A stretch of 64,000 nucleotides of DNA, taken from contig OZ241208.1 of the NCBI GenBank assembly GCA_965199665.1, forward strand, positions 3,788,326-3,852,325, written 5' to 3'. The DNA comes from Acetobacteraceae bacterium. Its GTDB lineage: Bacteria; Pseudomonadota; Alphaproteobacteria; Acetobacterales; Acetobacteraceae. Both the position numbers and the translations under genes were made by a program. The notes under the pieces are model-generated. The model ran no database searches. It saw nothing but the letters and a program-made list of their open reading frames with translations, and was not told the DNA's origin. Positions within the stretch are counted from its first letter, which is position 1, and each line of letters begins with the position of its first letter. Below are positions 53,931-62,984 of this stretch, piece by piece.

Positions 53931-55427
53931 GTGGTGGTGATCGGGGCCGGGGTCGGCGGCTTGGCGGCGGCGGCGCTGCTGGCGCGGCGCGGCTTCGCCG
54001 TCACCGTGCTGGAGCGGGCCACAGCGCCCGGCGGCAAGATGCGGGTGCTGGACGGCGTCGATGCGGGGCCGACCGTGTTCACCATGCGGTGGGTGTTCGA
54101 GGATCTGTTCTCCGAATGCGGCGCCCGGCTGGAGGAACGGGTCGGCCTGACATCGGCCGGCATCCTGGCGCGCCATGCCTGGGGCGCGGACCGGCTGGAC
54201 CTGCATGCCGACGCCGAACGCTCGGCCGCCGCGATCGAGGCCTTCGCCGGCCCGGCCGAGGCGCGGGGCTTTCGCGCCTTCTGCGCGGCGGCGCGGCGCA
54301 CCTACCAAACGTTGGAAGGCCCGTTCATCCGCGGCGAACGGCCGAGCATGGCGTCGCTGGCGCTCTCCATCCGCCGCCCGGCGGATCTCCTGGCGATCAA
54401 ACCCTTCGCCTCCCTGTGGTCCGAGCTCGGCACGTTCTTCCGCGACCCCCGGCTCCGGCAGCTGTTCGGCCGCTACGCCACCTATTGTGGCTCCTCACCC
54501 TTCCTGGCGCCGGCCACGCTGATGCTGGTGGCCGATGTCGAGCAGCAAGGCGTGTGTTACGTGGCGGGGGGCATGGGCGCCCTGGCGCAGGCGCTGGCCG
54601 GGCTGGCGGAAGAGAGCGGCGGCACCGTCCGCTACGGGGCCGAGGTGGCCGAGATCACCGTGGCGGCGGGACGGGTGACCGGGGTCCGGCTGGCCGACGG
54701 CGAAGTCGTGCCGGCCGACGCCGTCATCAGCAATGCCGATCCGCAGGCGATCGCCACCGGGCGGTTCGGCCGCGCGGCTGCCGGCGCGGTGGGCCGCACC
54801 AAGCCGGCCGAGCGCTCGCTCTCCGCGCTGACCTGGACCGGAACGGCCGAGACCGCCGGCTTCCCGCTGGTGCGCCACAACGTCTTCTTCTCGCGCGACT
54901 ACCGGGCCGAGTTCGACGCGCTGGCGAGCGGCGCCGTGCCGGCGGAGCCGACCGTCTATGTTTGCGCGCAGGACCGGGGTGACGAAGGGGGAGTGGACGG
55001 GCCGGAGCGCCTGCTTATTCTCGTCAACGCGCCGCCGACCGGCGACACGATGCGCGATAACGGGGCCGCCACGGAGATCGATGGGTGCAGGGAGAGAGCG
55101 TGGACGCTGATGGCACGATCCGGCCTTCGGCTGACGGCGGAGCGGCTGCAGCCGACGGACCCGGCGGGCTTCGAGCGCCTGTTCCCGGCGACGGGGGGCG
55201 CGCTCTACGGCCCGGCGGTGCACGGAGCGACGGCGAGCTTCAAGCGGCCGGGGAGCCGGACGGCGGTGCGGGGCCTGTATCTGGCGGGTGGCGGGGCGCA
55301 CCCTGGAGCCGGGGTGCCGATGGCGGCGCTGTCCGGACGGCTGGCGGCGTCGGCGCTGACGGCGGACCTCGGTTCGACGCGGCCGTCGCGCCCGATGGCT
55401 ACCGCTGGTGGTACGTCGACGCGCTGA
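53931..55427 (+). CDS. crtD: Hydroxyneurosporene/methoxyneurosporene desaturase (phytoene-desaturase family)
   Basis: The FAD dinucleotide fold is VVVIGAGVGGLAAAALLARRGFAVTVLE. The C-terminus reads LYLAGGGAHPGAGVPMAALSGRLAA. GTG 53931 is chosen because the upstream ORF part covers the operator sites, so the start is uncertain. Confidence 0.9.
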   Translation: MVVIGAGVGGLAAAALLARRGFAVTVLERATAPGGKMRVLDGVDAGPTVFTMRWVFEDLFSECGARLEERVGLTSAGILARHAWGADRLDLHADAERSAAAIEAFAGPAEARGFRAFCAAARRTYQTLEGPFIRGERPSMASLALSIRRPADLLAIKPFASLWSELGTFFRDPRLRQLFGRYATYCGSSPFLAPATLMLVADVEQQGVCYVAGGMGALAQALAGLAEESGGTVRYGAEVAEITVAAGRVTGVRLADGEVVPADAVISNADPQAIATGRFGRAAAGAVGRTKPAERSLSALTWTGTAETAGFPLVRHNVFFSRDYRAEFDALASGAVPAEPTVYVCAQDRGDEGGVDGPERLLILVNAPPTGDTMRDNGAATEIDGCRERAWTLMARSGLRLTAERLQPTDPAGFERLFPATGGALYGPAVHGATASFKRPGSRTAVRGLYLAGGGAHPGAGVPMAALSGRLAASALTADLGSTRPSRPMATAGGTSTR

Positions 55428-56287
55428 GCGCGGACGGGCGGCACGGCATCACGATCATCGCCTTCATCGGCAGCGTGTTCTCGCCCTACTACGCCTGGTC
55501 GCGCCGCAAGCGCCCGGCCGACCCGGAGGCGCATTGTTCGCTCAACGTGGCGCTGTATGGCCGGCCGAAGCGATGGGCGATGACGGAGCGCGGGCGTGCC
55601 GCGCTGACCCGCAGCGACAACCACCTCACCATCGGCGCCTCCGCCCTGCACTGGGACGGCACGTCGCTCACCATCTGGATCGAGGAGGTGACCGCGCCGC
55701 TGCCCTCGCGCCTGTCCGGCGTGGTCACTGTCACGCCCGGCGCGCTGACGAAGCGGACCATCACGCTGGATACGGGGGGACGGCACCGCTGGTCGCCGAT
55801 CGCGCCGACCGCGTCGGTGCAGGTGCGGATGCAGCGGCCCGGCCTGTCGTGGTCCGGCACCGGCTACCTGGACAGCAACGAGGGCGACCGCCCGCTGGAG
55901 CGCGACTTCCGCGAGTGGGATTGGTGCCGCGCGCCGTCGGGGGATGGGGCGGTGATCCTCTACAACGCCGTGCGCCGGGTCGGCGGGCGGCAGGATCTGG
56001 CGCTGCGGATCGACCGGGCCGGCATCGTCACACCGTTCGACCCGCCGCCGCCGGCCAGCCTGCCCCGCACGCTGTGGGGCCTGCACCCCTCCACGCGGTG
56101 CGACGCGCATTCGCGGCCCATCGTGCGGCAACGGCTGGAGGACGCGCCGTTCTACTCGCGCTCCGTCATCGAGACGCGGTTGGGCGGCGAGCGGGTGCAC
56201 GCGGTGCACGAGAGCCTGGACATGGACCGCTTCACCGCGCCGTGGGTGCAGGCGATGCTGCCGTTCCGCATCCCGCGCCGGCGGTGA
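55085..56287 (+). CDS. crtC: Acyclic carotenoid 1,2-hydratase (hydroxyneurosporene synthase); start codon unresolved
   Basis: From ~55361 the frame encodes GPRFDAAVAPDGYRWWYVDALSADGRHGITIIAFIGSVFSPYYAWS…, as in CrtC proteins. Coordinates are the full open frame. No canonical start exists between 55121 and 55423 (see finding). Confidence 0.75.
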   Translation: MQGESVDADGTIRPSADGGAAAADGPGGLRAPVPGDGGRALRPGGARSDGELQAAGEPDGGAGPVSGGWRGAPWSRGADGGAVRTAGGVGADGGPRFDAAVAPDGYRWWYVDALSADGRHGITIIAFIGSVFSPYYAWSRRKRPADPEAHCSLNVALYGRPKRWAMTERGRAALTRSDNHLTIGASALHWDGTSLTIWIEEVTAPLPSRLSGVVTVTPGALTKRTITLDTGGRHRWSPIAPTASVQVRMQRPGLSWSGTGYLDSNEGDRPLERDFREWDWCRAPSGDGAVILYNAVRRVGGRQDLALRIDRAGIVTPFDPPPPASLPRTLWGLHPSTRCDAHSRPIVRQRLEDAPFYSRSVIETRLGGERVHAVHESLDMDRFTAPWVQAMLPFRIPRRR

Positions 56288-56291
56288 CGGC

Positions 56292-56966
56292 ATGCCGGGG
56301 CCGGGGCCGGGCAGCCGGGCGATCGGGGCCGGGCTGCTCACGGCCAGCGTCGGCGCCGGGTGCCTGGACGTCCTGAGCTACAACGCGCTGGGGGAGGTGT
56401 TTCCGTCCGCCATGACGGGCAACCTGGCGCTGCTCGGCCGCGGGTTGGGCGGGGGCGACCTCCACGCCATCGAGCGCAACCTGTGCGCCTTCGCGGCCTT
56501 CTTCGCCGGCACGATCGCGACCGCGTCCGTATTACGGGGCACGCCGGGCAAGGTCCGTTTCCTGCTGGCACTCGCCGCGCAGGCGATCGTGCTGGCGACG
56601 ATGGCCTGGTTCTGGCCCGAGCGGGACGCCGCCGACCGGCGCCTGGTATTGATCGCGGCGGCATCGGCCGGCATGGGCATGCAGAGCGCGATCGCCACGC
56701 GGATCGGGCTCGACGCGGTCTCGACCACCTACTTCACCGGGCTCACGGTCAAGATCGCGACCGGATTGGTGGCGCGGCACGGGCGGCGCCGGGTCGGGTG
56801 GCCGGTGCTGGCCCTGGCCGCCTATGTCGCGGGCGCGGCGCTGGCGGGGGCGTCCATCCTGGCCCGCCAGCTGCCGACGCTGGCCGCCACCCTGCCGCTG
56901 CTGCCGCTGCTCGCCACGCTGCTGCTGGCGTTGATCGTCGCCGGATCGCGCTCCGAACCGGCTTGA
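56292..56966 (+). CDS. DUF1275 (YoaK-like) membrane protein
   Basis: The ATG lies 4 nt after the crtC stop. …CLDVLSYNALGEVFPSAMTGNLALLG… and MGMQSAIATRIG…STTYFTGLT match the DUF1275 pattern, with six hydrophobic segments. Confidence 0.7.
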   Translation: MPGPGPGSRAIGAGLLTASVGAGCLDVLSYNALGEVFPSAMTGNLALLGRGLGGGDLHAIERNLCAFAAFFAGTIATASVLRGTPGKVRFLLALAAQAIVLATMAWFWPERDAADRRLVLIAAASAGMGMQSAIATRIGLDAVSTTYFTGLTVKIATGLVARHGRRRVGWPVLALAAYVAGAALAGASILARQLPTLAATLPLLPLLATLLLALIVAGSRSEPA

Positions 56967-57022
56967 CGCGAGCCGCCCAGCCCTGAACTCTGCGCGGGTC
57001 AGCCATACCGCCGGAGAATACC

Positions 57023-58612
57023 ATGCATCGCCGAAGCCTGCTCGCCGCCGGTGCTGCCCTCACCGGTGCCGGCCTGATCCGCCCCGTTCGCGCGGCCCCG
57101 AGCGCCACGCCGGTCTCCATCATCCGCTTCGTGCCACAGGCCGACCTGTCAAGCATCGACCCGGTCTGGACCACCGCCACCGTCGCCTTCAACCACGGCA
57201 TGATGGTCTACGACTCGCTCTACGGCATCGACGACAAGCTGCAGCCGCAGCCGCAGATGGTGAGTGGCCACCAGACCAGCGATGACGGGCTGAGCTGGAC
57301 CTTCACCCTGCGCGACGGCCTGCGCTTTCACGACGACGAGCCGGTCCGCGCTGCCGACTGCGTCGCGTCGATCGCGCGCTGGGGCAAGCGCAAAGGTTTC
57401 GGCCAGAAGCTGCTCTCGGTCACGGAGGAGATGACGGCGCTGGACGACAAGCGCTTCCGCATTCGGCTCAAGACACCCTTCCCGCTGATGACCTTCGCAC
57501 TCGGCGGGCCCGACATCTGCCTGATCATGCCCGAGCGGGTCGCCCGCACCGACGCCTTTCAACAGATCACGGATGCGACCGGGTCCGGCCCGTTCCGCTT
57601 CCTGCCGGAGGAGCGGGTGCCGGGCTCCTCCTACGCCTATGCCAAGTTCGACGGCTACGTGCCCCGGTCGGAGCCGCCCTCGTTCTGGGCCGGCGGCAAG
57701 GTGGCGCACGTGGACCGCGTCGAGTGGCGCGTCATCCCCGACCCGGCCACCGCCGCCTCCGCGCTGCAGACGGGCGAGGTCGACTGGATCGAGTATTCGC
57801 TGTTCGACCTGCTGCCGACCTTCAAGCGCGACCGCAACCTCCAGGTCATGAACCTGTACGCGCTGTCGCAGCCGGCGGTGATCGCGCTCAACCATACCCA
57901 GCCCCCCTTCGACAACGCCAAGCTGCGCCGGGCCTTGTTGCCGGCGATCGACCAGAACGAGTTCATGACCGCCGTGGTGGGCGACGAGCGCGACCTGGTC
58001 AGCAACCCGTGCGGCATGTTCACGCCGGGCACGCCCATGGCCAACGGGGCGGACATGGGCGTGCTGACCGCGCCGCGCGACCTTGCGCGGGCCAAGAAGC
58101 TGGTCGCCGAGAGCGGCTACAAGGGCGAGAAGATCGTGCTGATGCTGCCCACCGACCAGATCCCGCTGATCCCCATGGTGCAGGTCACGCGCGACCTGTT
58201 CAGCAGGCTGGGCCTCAACGTCGAGATGCAGAGCATGGATTGGGCGACGCTGGTAGCCCGCCGGGCGCTGGACAAGCCGGCGGCCGATGGCGGCTGGACG
58301 TCGTTCTGCACCTCCTGGACCGGGCTGCAGCTCTCCAACCCGGGCAGCCACTTTCCCTTGCGCGGCAACGGGCGGGCCGGCTGGTTCGGCTGGCCCGAGA
58401 GCCCGACGCTGGAAGGATTGCGCGACCAGTGGTTCGCCGCGCCGGACGAGGCGGCGCAGAAGGCGATCTGCGAGAAGATGCAGGCCGTGGCGTTCGACGA
58501 GGTGCCCTACGTCCCGATCGGCGCCTATTCCATTCCGTGCACGCTCCGGCGCAGCCTGTCCGGCATGGTCAATGCCGGCAACATCTGCTTCTGGGGCGTG
58601 CAGAAAGCCTGA
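57023..58612 (+). CDS. ABC transporter substrate-binding protein, family 5, Tat signal
   Basis: GGAGA precedes ATG. The signal is MHRRSLLAAGAALTGAGLIRPVRA. It is a close paralog of 13199-14794 (e.g. WTFTLRDGLRFHDDEPVRAADCVASIARW vs WTLTLREGLRFHDGSPVLARDCVASIRRW). Confidence 0.85.
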   Translation: MHRRSLLAAGAALTGAGLIRPVRAAPSATPVSIIRFVPQADLSSIDPVWTTATVAFNHGMMVYDSLYGIDDKLQPQPQMVSGHQTSDDGLSWTFTLRDGLRFHDDEPVRAADCVASIARWGKRKGFGQKLLSVTEEMTALDDKRFRIRLKTPFPLMTFALGGPDICLIMPERVARTDAFQQITDATGSGPFRFLPEERVPGSSYAYAKFDGYVPRSEPPSFWAGGKVAHVDRVEWRVIPDPATAASALQTGEVDWIEYSLFDLLPTFKRDRNLQVMNLYALSQPAVIALNHTQPPFDNAKLRRALLPAIDQNEFMTAVVGDERDLVSNPCGMFTPGTPMANGADMGVLTAPRDLARAKKLVAESGYKGEKIVLMLPTDQIPLIPMVQVTRDLFSRLGLNVEMQSMDWATLVARRALDKPAADGGWTSFCTSWTGLQLSNPGSHFPLRGNGRAGWFGWPESPTLEGLRDQWFAAPDEAAQKAICEKMQAVAFDEVPYVPIGAYSIPCTLRRSLSGMVNAGNICFWGVQKA

Positions 58613-58622
58613 CGCACTGGGA

Positions 58623-59543
58623 TTACTTGCCCCAGCGCAGCACCAGCGGGTCGGTCCGGCGCGCCACCTCCAGCAGGCCTTGGCGCGTGGCCGGGTGCAG
58701 CGGCGGCAGGGGGTGGCGCAGCGTGTCGTGGCGGATCACGCCGCCCGCCTGCATCAGCACCTTGGCCGCCGCCAGCCCGGCCTGCCGGTTCTCGTAGTTG
58801 ATCAACGGCAGCCAGCGCGCATAGGCGTCCATGGCCTCGTCGCGGCGGCCGGCGAACCACGGGTCCATGATCTGGCGGATGCCGTCGGGGTAGCCGCCGC
58901 CGGTCATGGCGCCGGTGGCGCCCGCGTCGAGATCGGCGCCCAGCGTGATCGCCTCCTCGCCATCCCACGGGCCCTCGATCGCGTCGCCGCCGAGCTCGAT
59001 CAGGGTGCGCAGCTTGGCGGCGGCCTGGGGCACCTCGATCTTGAAATAGCAGAGGTTCTCGAGCTCGGTCGCCATGCGCGCCAGGAACGGGGCGGAGAGC
59101 GGCGTGCCGGCCACGGGCGCGTCCTGAACCATGATCGGGATGCCGATCCCGTCCGACACGGCCCGGTAGAACTCGAAGATCGACGCCTCCGGCACGCGGA
59201 ACGTCGCGCCGTGATAGGGCGGCATGACCATCACCATCGCCGCCCCGGCCTCCTGCGCCCGGCGCGACCGGTCGACGCATTCGGCGGTGGAGAAATGCGT
59301 GGTGGTCACGATCACCGGCACGCGCCCGGCCACATGCTCCAGCACGTTGCGCATCACGGTGTCGCGCTCCGCGTCCGTCAGCACGAATTGCTCGGAGAAG
59401 TTGGCCAGGATGCACAGGCCGTCCGACCCGGCGTCGATCATGAAATCGACGGCGCGGCGCTGGCCCGCCGGGTCGAGCGCGCCGCGCTCGTCGAACACGG
59501 TGGGCACGACGGGGAACACGCCGCGATAGCGGGGAGTTGGCAT
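58623..59543 (-). CDS. Dihydrodipicolinate synthase/N-acetylneuraminate lyase (DapA) family protein
   Basis: ATG at complement 59541-59543. FPVVPTVFDERGALD…DGLCILANFSEQFVLTDAERD…VIVTTTH…PPYHG… Only the last 306 codons of the 537-aa ORF are protein-like. Confidence 0.8.
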   Translation of the reverse strand: MPTPRYRGVFPVVPTVFDERGALDPAGQRRAVDFMIDAGSDGLCILANFSEQFVLTDAERDTVMRNVLEHVAGRVPVIVTTTHFSTAECVDRSRRAQEAGAAMVMVMPPYHGATFRVPEASIFEFYRAVSDGIGIPIMVQDAPVAGTPLSAPFLARMATELENLCYFKIEVPQAAAKLRTLIELGGDAIEGPWDGEEAITLGADLDAGATGAMTGGGYPDGIRQIMDPWFAGRRDEAMDAYARWLPLINYENRQAGLAAAKVLMQAGGVIRHDTLRHPLPPLHPATRQGLLEVARRTDPLVLRWGK

Positions 59544-59557
59544 GGTGGAGGGAGCCC

Positions 59558-61294
59558 TCAGTGGTTGTCGCGCGGGACCGGCGCGCCGGAGCGGCCGACC
59601 AGGAAGTCGAAATCCACGCCGCGATCGGCCTGCATCACGTGGTCGAGGTAGAGCCGGGCATAGCCGCGCTCGGCATGCGGCGGCGGCGGCGTCCAGCCCG
59701 CGCGCCGCCGGGCCATCTCCGCCTCGTCCACGTGCAAGTGAAGCGAGCGGGCATGGACGTCCAACGTGATGAGGTCGCCGTTTTGCACCAGCGCCAGCGG
59801 CCCGCCAACGGTGGCTTCCGGCGCGACGTGCAGCACCACCGTGCCGTAGGCGGTGCCGGACATGCGTGCGTCCGACACGCGGATCATGTCGCGCACGCCC
59901 TCCCGCAGCAGCTTGGCGGGCAGCGGCATGTTGCCGACCTCGGCCATGCCGGGGTAGCCGCGCGGCCCGCAATGCTTGAGCACCATGATGCAGGACGCAT
60001 CGATGTCGAGCGCCTCGTCCTCCACCGCGTCGTGCATCTCCTCCACGCTCTCGAACACCACCGCGCGCCCGGTGTGCCGCATCAGCTCCGGCGATGCGGC
60101 GGACGGCTTGATGACGGCCCCGTTGGGGGCGAGGTTGCCGGTCAGGATGGCCAGCCCGCCCTCCGGCTTGAACGGCTCCTCCCACGAGGTGACGACCTCG
60201 GGATTGTAGTTCGGCGCAGACTCGACGTTCTCCCAAATCGTGCGGCCGTTGGCGGTGCGCGCGTCCCGGTGCAGCTTACCCTGCTCGCCCAGCGTCCGCA
60301 GCACGGCCGGCAGCCCGCCGGCATAGTAGAAATCCTCCATCAGGAAGCGGCCGGACGGCATCAGGTTGACCAGACAGCGCATGTCGCGGCCCAGCCGGTC
60401 GAAATCGGCCAAGGTGAGATCGATCCCGACCCGGCCGGCCAGCGCCAGCAGGTGCACCACCGCGTTGGTGGAGCCGCCGATGGCGCCCAGCGTGCGGATT
60501 GCGTTCTCGAACGCCTCCCGCGTCAGCAGGTCGGACGGCTTGAGGTCCTCGTGCACCATGCCGACGATGCGCCGCCCGGCCATCCTGGCCAGCAGGTTGC
60601 GCCGGGCGTCCGCGGCGGGGATGGCGGCATTGCCGGGCAGGCCCAATCCCAGTGCCTCCACCACCGAGGCCATGGTCGAGGCCGTGCCCATCGTCATGCA
60701 CGACCCCGCCGACCGGTTCATCCCCGCTTCGGCCTCGTGGAACTGCTCCAGCGTGACCTCGCCGGCGCGCAGCTGCTCGCTCATGGAGATGATGTTGGTG
60801 CCGGAGCCGATGATCTCGCCGCGGTAGACGCCGCGCAGCTGCGGGCCGCCCGAGACGCCGATGGCGGGCAGGTCGGCCGAGGCCGCGCCCATCAGCAGCG
60901 CGGGCGTGGTCTTGTCGCAGCCCATCAGCAGCACGACGCCGTCGAGCGGATGGGCGCGGATCGCCTCCTCCACGTCCATGGAGGCCAGGTTGCGGAACAG
61001 CATGGCCGTCGGCCGCATGGTGACCTCGCCGAGCGAGGAAACCGGGAACTCGAGCGGGAAGCCGCCCGCCTCCAGCACGCCGGTGCGGACGTGCTGCGCC
61101 AGGTCGCGGAAATGCCCGTTGCAGGGCGTCAGCTCCGACCAGGTGTTGCAGATGCCGATCACCGGGCGGCCGTCGAACTGATCGTGCGGGGTGCCGTCGT
61201 TCTTGAGAAAGGAGCGGTAGTAGAACCCCATCTTGTCCTGCCGCCCGAACCAGGCCTGGGAACGGAGCGGGCGGGAAGCTGGCTTGTCGGTCAT
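59558..61294 (-). CDS. IlvD/Edd-family dehydratase (sugar-acid dehydratase type)
   Basis: GGAGA precedes ATG 61294. PVIGICNTWSELTPCNGH, LLMGCDKTTPA, SCMTMGTASTM, GGSTNAVVHLLA and GPRGYPGMAE are all present. Confidence 0.9.
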   Translation of the reverse strand: MTDKPASRPLRSQAWFGRQDKMGFYYRSFLKNDGTPHDQFDGRPVIGICNTWSELTPCNGHFRDLAQHVRTGVLEAGGFPLEFPVSSLGEVTMRPTAMLFRNLASMDVEEAIRAHPLDGVVLLMGCDKTTPALLMGAASADLPAIGVSGGPQLRGVYRGEIIGSGTNIISMSEQLRAGEVTLEQFHEAEAGMNRSAGSCMTMGTASTMASVVEALGLGLPGNAAIPAADARRNLLARMAGRRIVGMVHEDLKPSDLLTREAFENAIRTLGAIGGSTNAVVHLLALAGRVGIDLTLADFDRLGRDMRCLVNLMPSGRFLMEDFYYAGGLPAVLRTLGEQGKLHRDARTANGRTIWENVESAPNYNPEVVTSWEEPFKPEGGLAILTGNLAPNGAVIKPSAASPELMRHTGRAVVFESVEEMHDAVEDEALDIDASCIMVLKHCGPRGYPGMAEVGNMPLPAKLLREGVRDMIRVSDARMSGTAYGTVVLHVAPEATVGGPLALVQNGDLITLDVHARSLHLHVDEAEMARRRAGWTPPPPHAERGYARLYLDHVMQADRGVDFDFLVGRSGAPVPRDNH

Positions 61295-61372
61295 GGTCGT
61301 CTCCACCCGGTCACCGCCGCATCCGCCCGGACCCGTGCGGCCGCCGCGGCGTTCGACGGCTGGAACCCGGGC

Positions 61373-61822
61373 TCAGGCGGCGCTGGTCTCATCGATGGGC
61401 GATGGTGCCCCGGCCTCCGGCGCTTTGCTAGCTCCCCCGGCGCCCGCGCGGCGGGAGGTCGGCCGCGCGCCGAGCCGGTCGAGCACGTCGGGGTTGGTGC
61501 GGGCCCAGGCGTAGAGGAACTCGACCGGCTCGACCACGCGCAGCCCGAGCGCCGTCAGTTCGTACTCGACCGCAGGCGGGACGGTGCCGTGCACGTGCCG
61601 CGTGACCAGCCCGCTCCCTTCCATCTCCCGCAGCGTCTGCGTCAGCATCTTCTTGGAGATGCCCGGCAGGCTCCGGTGCAGCACCCCCGTCCGCGCCGTG
61701 CCGCCGTGGCGGGCATGCAGCGTGTGCAGGATCATGCTCGTCCACTTGGTGGCGAACAGCTCCAGCACGCGCCGCGGCGCACAATCCTCGCGCCACTCCT
61801 CCTCCGGGGTGCCGGGCTGCAT
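61373..61822 (-). CDS. HxlR-family transcriptional regulator
   Basis: CAPRRVLELFATKWTSMILHTL…ISKKMLTQTLREMEGSGLVTRHV…VEYELT. It is divergent from an SDR gene, the usual HxlR arrangement. Confidence 0.85.
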   Translation of the reverse strand: MQPGTPEEEWREDCAPRRVLELFATKWTSMILHTLHARHGGTARTGVLHRSLPGISKKMLTQTLREMEGSGLVTRHVHGTVPPAVEYELTALGLRVVEPVEFLYAWARTNPDVLDRLGARPTSRRAGAGGASKAPEAGAPSPIDETSAA

Positions 61823-61922
61823 GGGTGGGAACCTCCTGGTGCCTATGTCCCTGTACGGTGCCGTCTAGACCAGCGGACCCGCCCTGCCCAGCTATCGGCT
61901 GGATCGGACACGGGAGACGCGG

Positions 61923-62984
61923 ATGGCAGGCACGGCATTGGTGGTGGGCGCGAGCGGCATCGTCGGCAGCGCGACGGCGGCGCTGCTCGGCGCCGAAGGG
62001 TGGACGGTGCACGGGCTGGCGCGGCGCCCGACGTCGCAACCCGGCGTGCAGCCCGTGGCGGCGGACCTGCAGGACGCGGCGGGCACGGCGGCGGCGCTGG
62101 CCGGGCTGCGGCCCGACGCGGTGTTCATCACCACCTGGTTGCGGCAGGACAGCGAAGCGGAGAACATCCGGGTCAACGGCGCGATGGTGCGCCACCTGCT
62201 CGACGGCCTGCGCCCCGGCGGCAGCACCCGTCACGTCGCGCTGGTGACCGGGCTCAAGCACTACCTCGGCCCGTTCGAGGCCTACGGGAAGGGCACGCTG
62301 CCGCAGACGCCGTTCCGCGAGGAGCAGGGCCGGCTGCCGGTCGAGAACTTCTACTACGCCCAGGAGGATGAGGTCTTCGCCGCCGCCGCGCGCGACGGCT
62401 TCACCTGGAGCGTGCACCGCCCGCATACGGTGATCGGCAAGGCGGTGGGCAACGCCATGAACATGGGCACCACGCTCGCCGCCTATGCGACGCTGTGCCG
62501 CGAGACCGGGCGGCCGTTCCGCTTTCCCGGCTCCGCTGCCCAGTGGAACGGCCTGACGGATATGACGGATGCCCGCATCCTGGCCCAGCAGCTCCTATGG
62601 GCGACCACCACGCCGGCGGCGCACGACCAGGCCTTCAACGTGGTCAATGGCGACGTCTTCCGCTGGAGCTGGATGTGGGGCCACATCGCCGAGTGGTTCG
62701 GCCTGGTGGCCGCGCCCTTCGACGGCACCGTGCAGCCATTACAGCAACAGATGGCCGGGGACGCCCCGCTTTGGGCCGACATCGCCCGCAAACACGGCCT
62801 CGTTGAGCCCGACCTTGCCCGCCTCGCCTCGCCCTGGCACACCGATGCCGACCTGGGCCGCCCGATCGAGGTCGTCACCGACATGTCCAAGAGCCGCCGC
62901 CTGGGCTTCACCGCCTACCAGCCGACCGACGACGCGTTCTTCGACCTGTTCGGCCGGCTGCGCGCCGACAAGCTGATCCCGTGA
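61923..62984 (+). CDS. SDR/NAD-dependent epimerase-dehydratase family protein
   Basis: ALVVGASGIVGSA is an N-terminal Rossmann motif. The length is 353 aa, with a …YYAQED… segment. Confidence 0.75.
   Translation: MAGTALVVGASGIVGSATAALLGAEGWTVHGLARRPTSQPGVQPVAADLQDAAGTAAALAGLRPDAVFITTWLRQDSEAENIRVNGAMVRHLLDGLRPGGSTRHVALVTGLKHYLGPFEAYGKGTLPQTPFREEQGRLPVENFYYAQEDEVFAAAARDGFTWSVHRPHTVIGKAVGNAMNMGTTLAAYATLCRETGRPFRFPGSAAQWNGLTDMTDARILAQQLLWATTTPAAHDQAFNVVNGDVFRWSWMWGHIAEWFGLVAAPFDGTVQPLQQQMAGDAPLWADIARKHGLVEPDLARLASPWHTDADLGRPIEVVTDMSKSRRLGFTAYQPTDDAFFDLFGRLRADKLIP

Noticed and set aside
59537-62371. 944-aa plus-strand ORF, the longest in the window
   Set aside because: It is antisense to the clearly recognisable DapA-like, IlvD/Edd-like and HxlR genes. 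Its composition is Arg/Gly/His/Pro-rich with no motifs, so it is a shadow ORF.
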